A stretch of 64,000 nucleotides of DNA. It comes from Felis catus (lineage: Eukaryota). The DNA lies in assembly GCF_018350175.1 (NCBI RefSeq), contig NC_058381.1, forward strand, positions 54,064,001 through 54,128,000. The letters run 5' to 3'. Under the pieces are notes generated by a model. It was not told the origin of the DNA and ran no database searches. It worked only from the letters and a program-made list of their open reading frames with translations. How positions within the stretch are numbered: the stretch's first letter is position 1; every line of letters begins with the position of its first letter. Shown one piece after another: positions 63,012 to 64,000 of the stretch. The translations under genes and the position numbers were made by a program.

Positions 63012-63446
63012 TAGGAGAGTGGTTCTCAATTGTGGCTCCCCGGCAGAGTCACTGGGGAATTTTAAGAGACCCCCCAGTGGCCAGAGTGTGCCCCCATTTC
63101 AGCGAAATGAGAATGTGTAGGGGGGTAGGACCTAAAGATCAAACATATTTTTAAAAAGTTTTTTTAAATTAAAAAAAATTTTGATGTTTATTTTTGAGAG
63201 AGAGAGAGAGAGCGAGCACGAGTGGGGGAGGGGCAGAGAGAGAGGGAGACACAGAGTCGGAAGCAGGCTCCAGGCGCTGAGCTGTCAGCACAGAGCCTGA
63301 CTCGGGGCTTGAGCTCAGGAGCTGTGAGATCATGACCTGAGCTGAAGTCAGACGCTTCACTGACTCAGCCACCCAGGCTCCTCACGATCCAACATATTTT
63401 AAATCGTCCAAGCCCATTTCAACAGGTAGCCACGTTGAGAACCACC
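63012..63446 (+). mobile_element. MER5-family element split by a SINE
   Basis: TIRs gtggttctcaa (about 63019) and ttgagaaccac (about 63435). Confidence 0.65.
63152..63382 (-). mobile_element. Can-SINE inserted in a MER5-like element
   Basis: TSD gatc(a/c)aacatatttt on both sides. Confidence 0.9.
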
Positions 63447-64000
63447 CTACCAGGACCTATTCTCTACAAGCGCAATCACTGTATCCTTCTTCTCTCCTGG
63501 TCTCCGTCCCTGCTGTCACCTAATTTCCACTTAAGACAGAATTAAGGACCTTGATTCTGGGGTCGGCAAGCCGGGAACCAGCTGTGTGAGATGTGGCCGG
63601 GTCGTTACACTTTTGGGGGGACTTTACCGCCCGTAAAACGGGGACAAAGCCAGCCACCTCATACGGCTGTTGTGATGGTCGTTCGCGCGGCGGATGTCTT
63701 TTGAGCGCGCACTCTGGGGATCAGGCGGGGACGGAGATAGGGTGTCTCCTGCTTGGAGGTGCACCCCGATGCTAAAGGACAGGGCCACGCGGGCAGTGTG
63801 GTTATGAGCCCAGGTGCGAGGACACAGCAGGCACCCGATAAATGACAGCCGCTGTTACTGCCAGGATGTTCCCATGTTATTCTCGTTACGCTTCGCTCAC
63901 TTGGCTTTATGTTCCCCAAAGGCAAGGACCGTCCGTCTGGGCTCCTGAGACCAGGGGGGGCTCCACCCATCATTGACCTGTGGCCCGAGGAGACCGGGAC

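Noticed and set aside
57372-63366. Isolated AP-1 TGAGTCA sites (about 57376, 60029, 62563 and 63361)
   Set aside because: Single 7-mers at about the frequency expected by chance, without a supporting cluster.
9733-63372. Recurrent 60-120 aa ORFs of the type [40 protein letters not shown]...
   Set aside because: These are translations of the Can-SINE consensus (GTG starts), not a protein family or a repeat array.
1996-63382. tRNA-like heads with A/B boxes (gtggctcagtcggtt...gttcgagccc)
   Set aside because: They are SINE internal Pol III promoters followed by SINE bodies, not tRNA genes.
58942-64000. Search for the preceding SDK2 exon (Ig2 N-terminal half)
   Set aside because: No matching peptide found; it probably lies beyond the window end.

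Overview
Mammalian genomic DNA from a feliform carnivore, probably a felid, judged from dense felid-type Can-SINEs and a felid-type L1 3' end. The whole window lies inside one gene on the minus strand: SDK2 (Sidekick-2), an Ig-superfamily neuronal/retinal adhesion molecule. I mapped 32 consecutive coding exons by hand (58941 down to 770). All have AG/GT boundaries and compatible phases, and they join into a 4501-nt uninterrupted reading frame from the end of Ig2 through Ig6 and FN3 repeats 1 to the start of 11. Exon numbers 5-36 are inferred from my recollection of human SDK2. The 5' and 3' exons lie outside the window. Introns hold about 27 Can-SINEs, old and young L1 pieces, three MaLR solo LTRs, several MER/Charlie DNA-transposon relics, MIR/L2 relics, microsatellites and four assembly gaps. 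I found no wholly new gene system. The most interesting signals are: (1) a 57-nt frame-preserving exon with an RBFOX element and a perfect TACTAAC branch site that appears to supply an alternative E-strand to FN3 repeat 10; (2) a homeodomain-site-rich AT island in intron 18; (3) a 93-nt near-perfect hairpin in intron 12; (4) a promoter-like NRF1/Sp1/ETS cluster in intron 15. Repeat family names and motif identities come from recalled consensus sequences, not from database searches.
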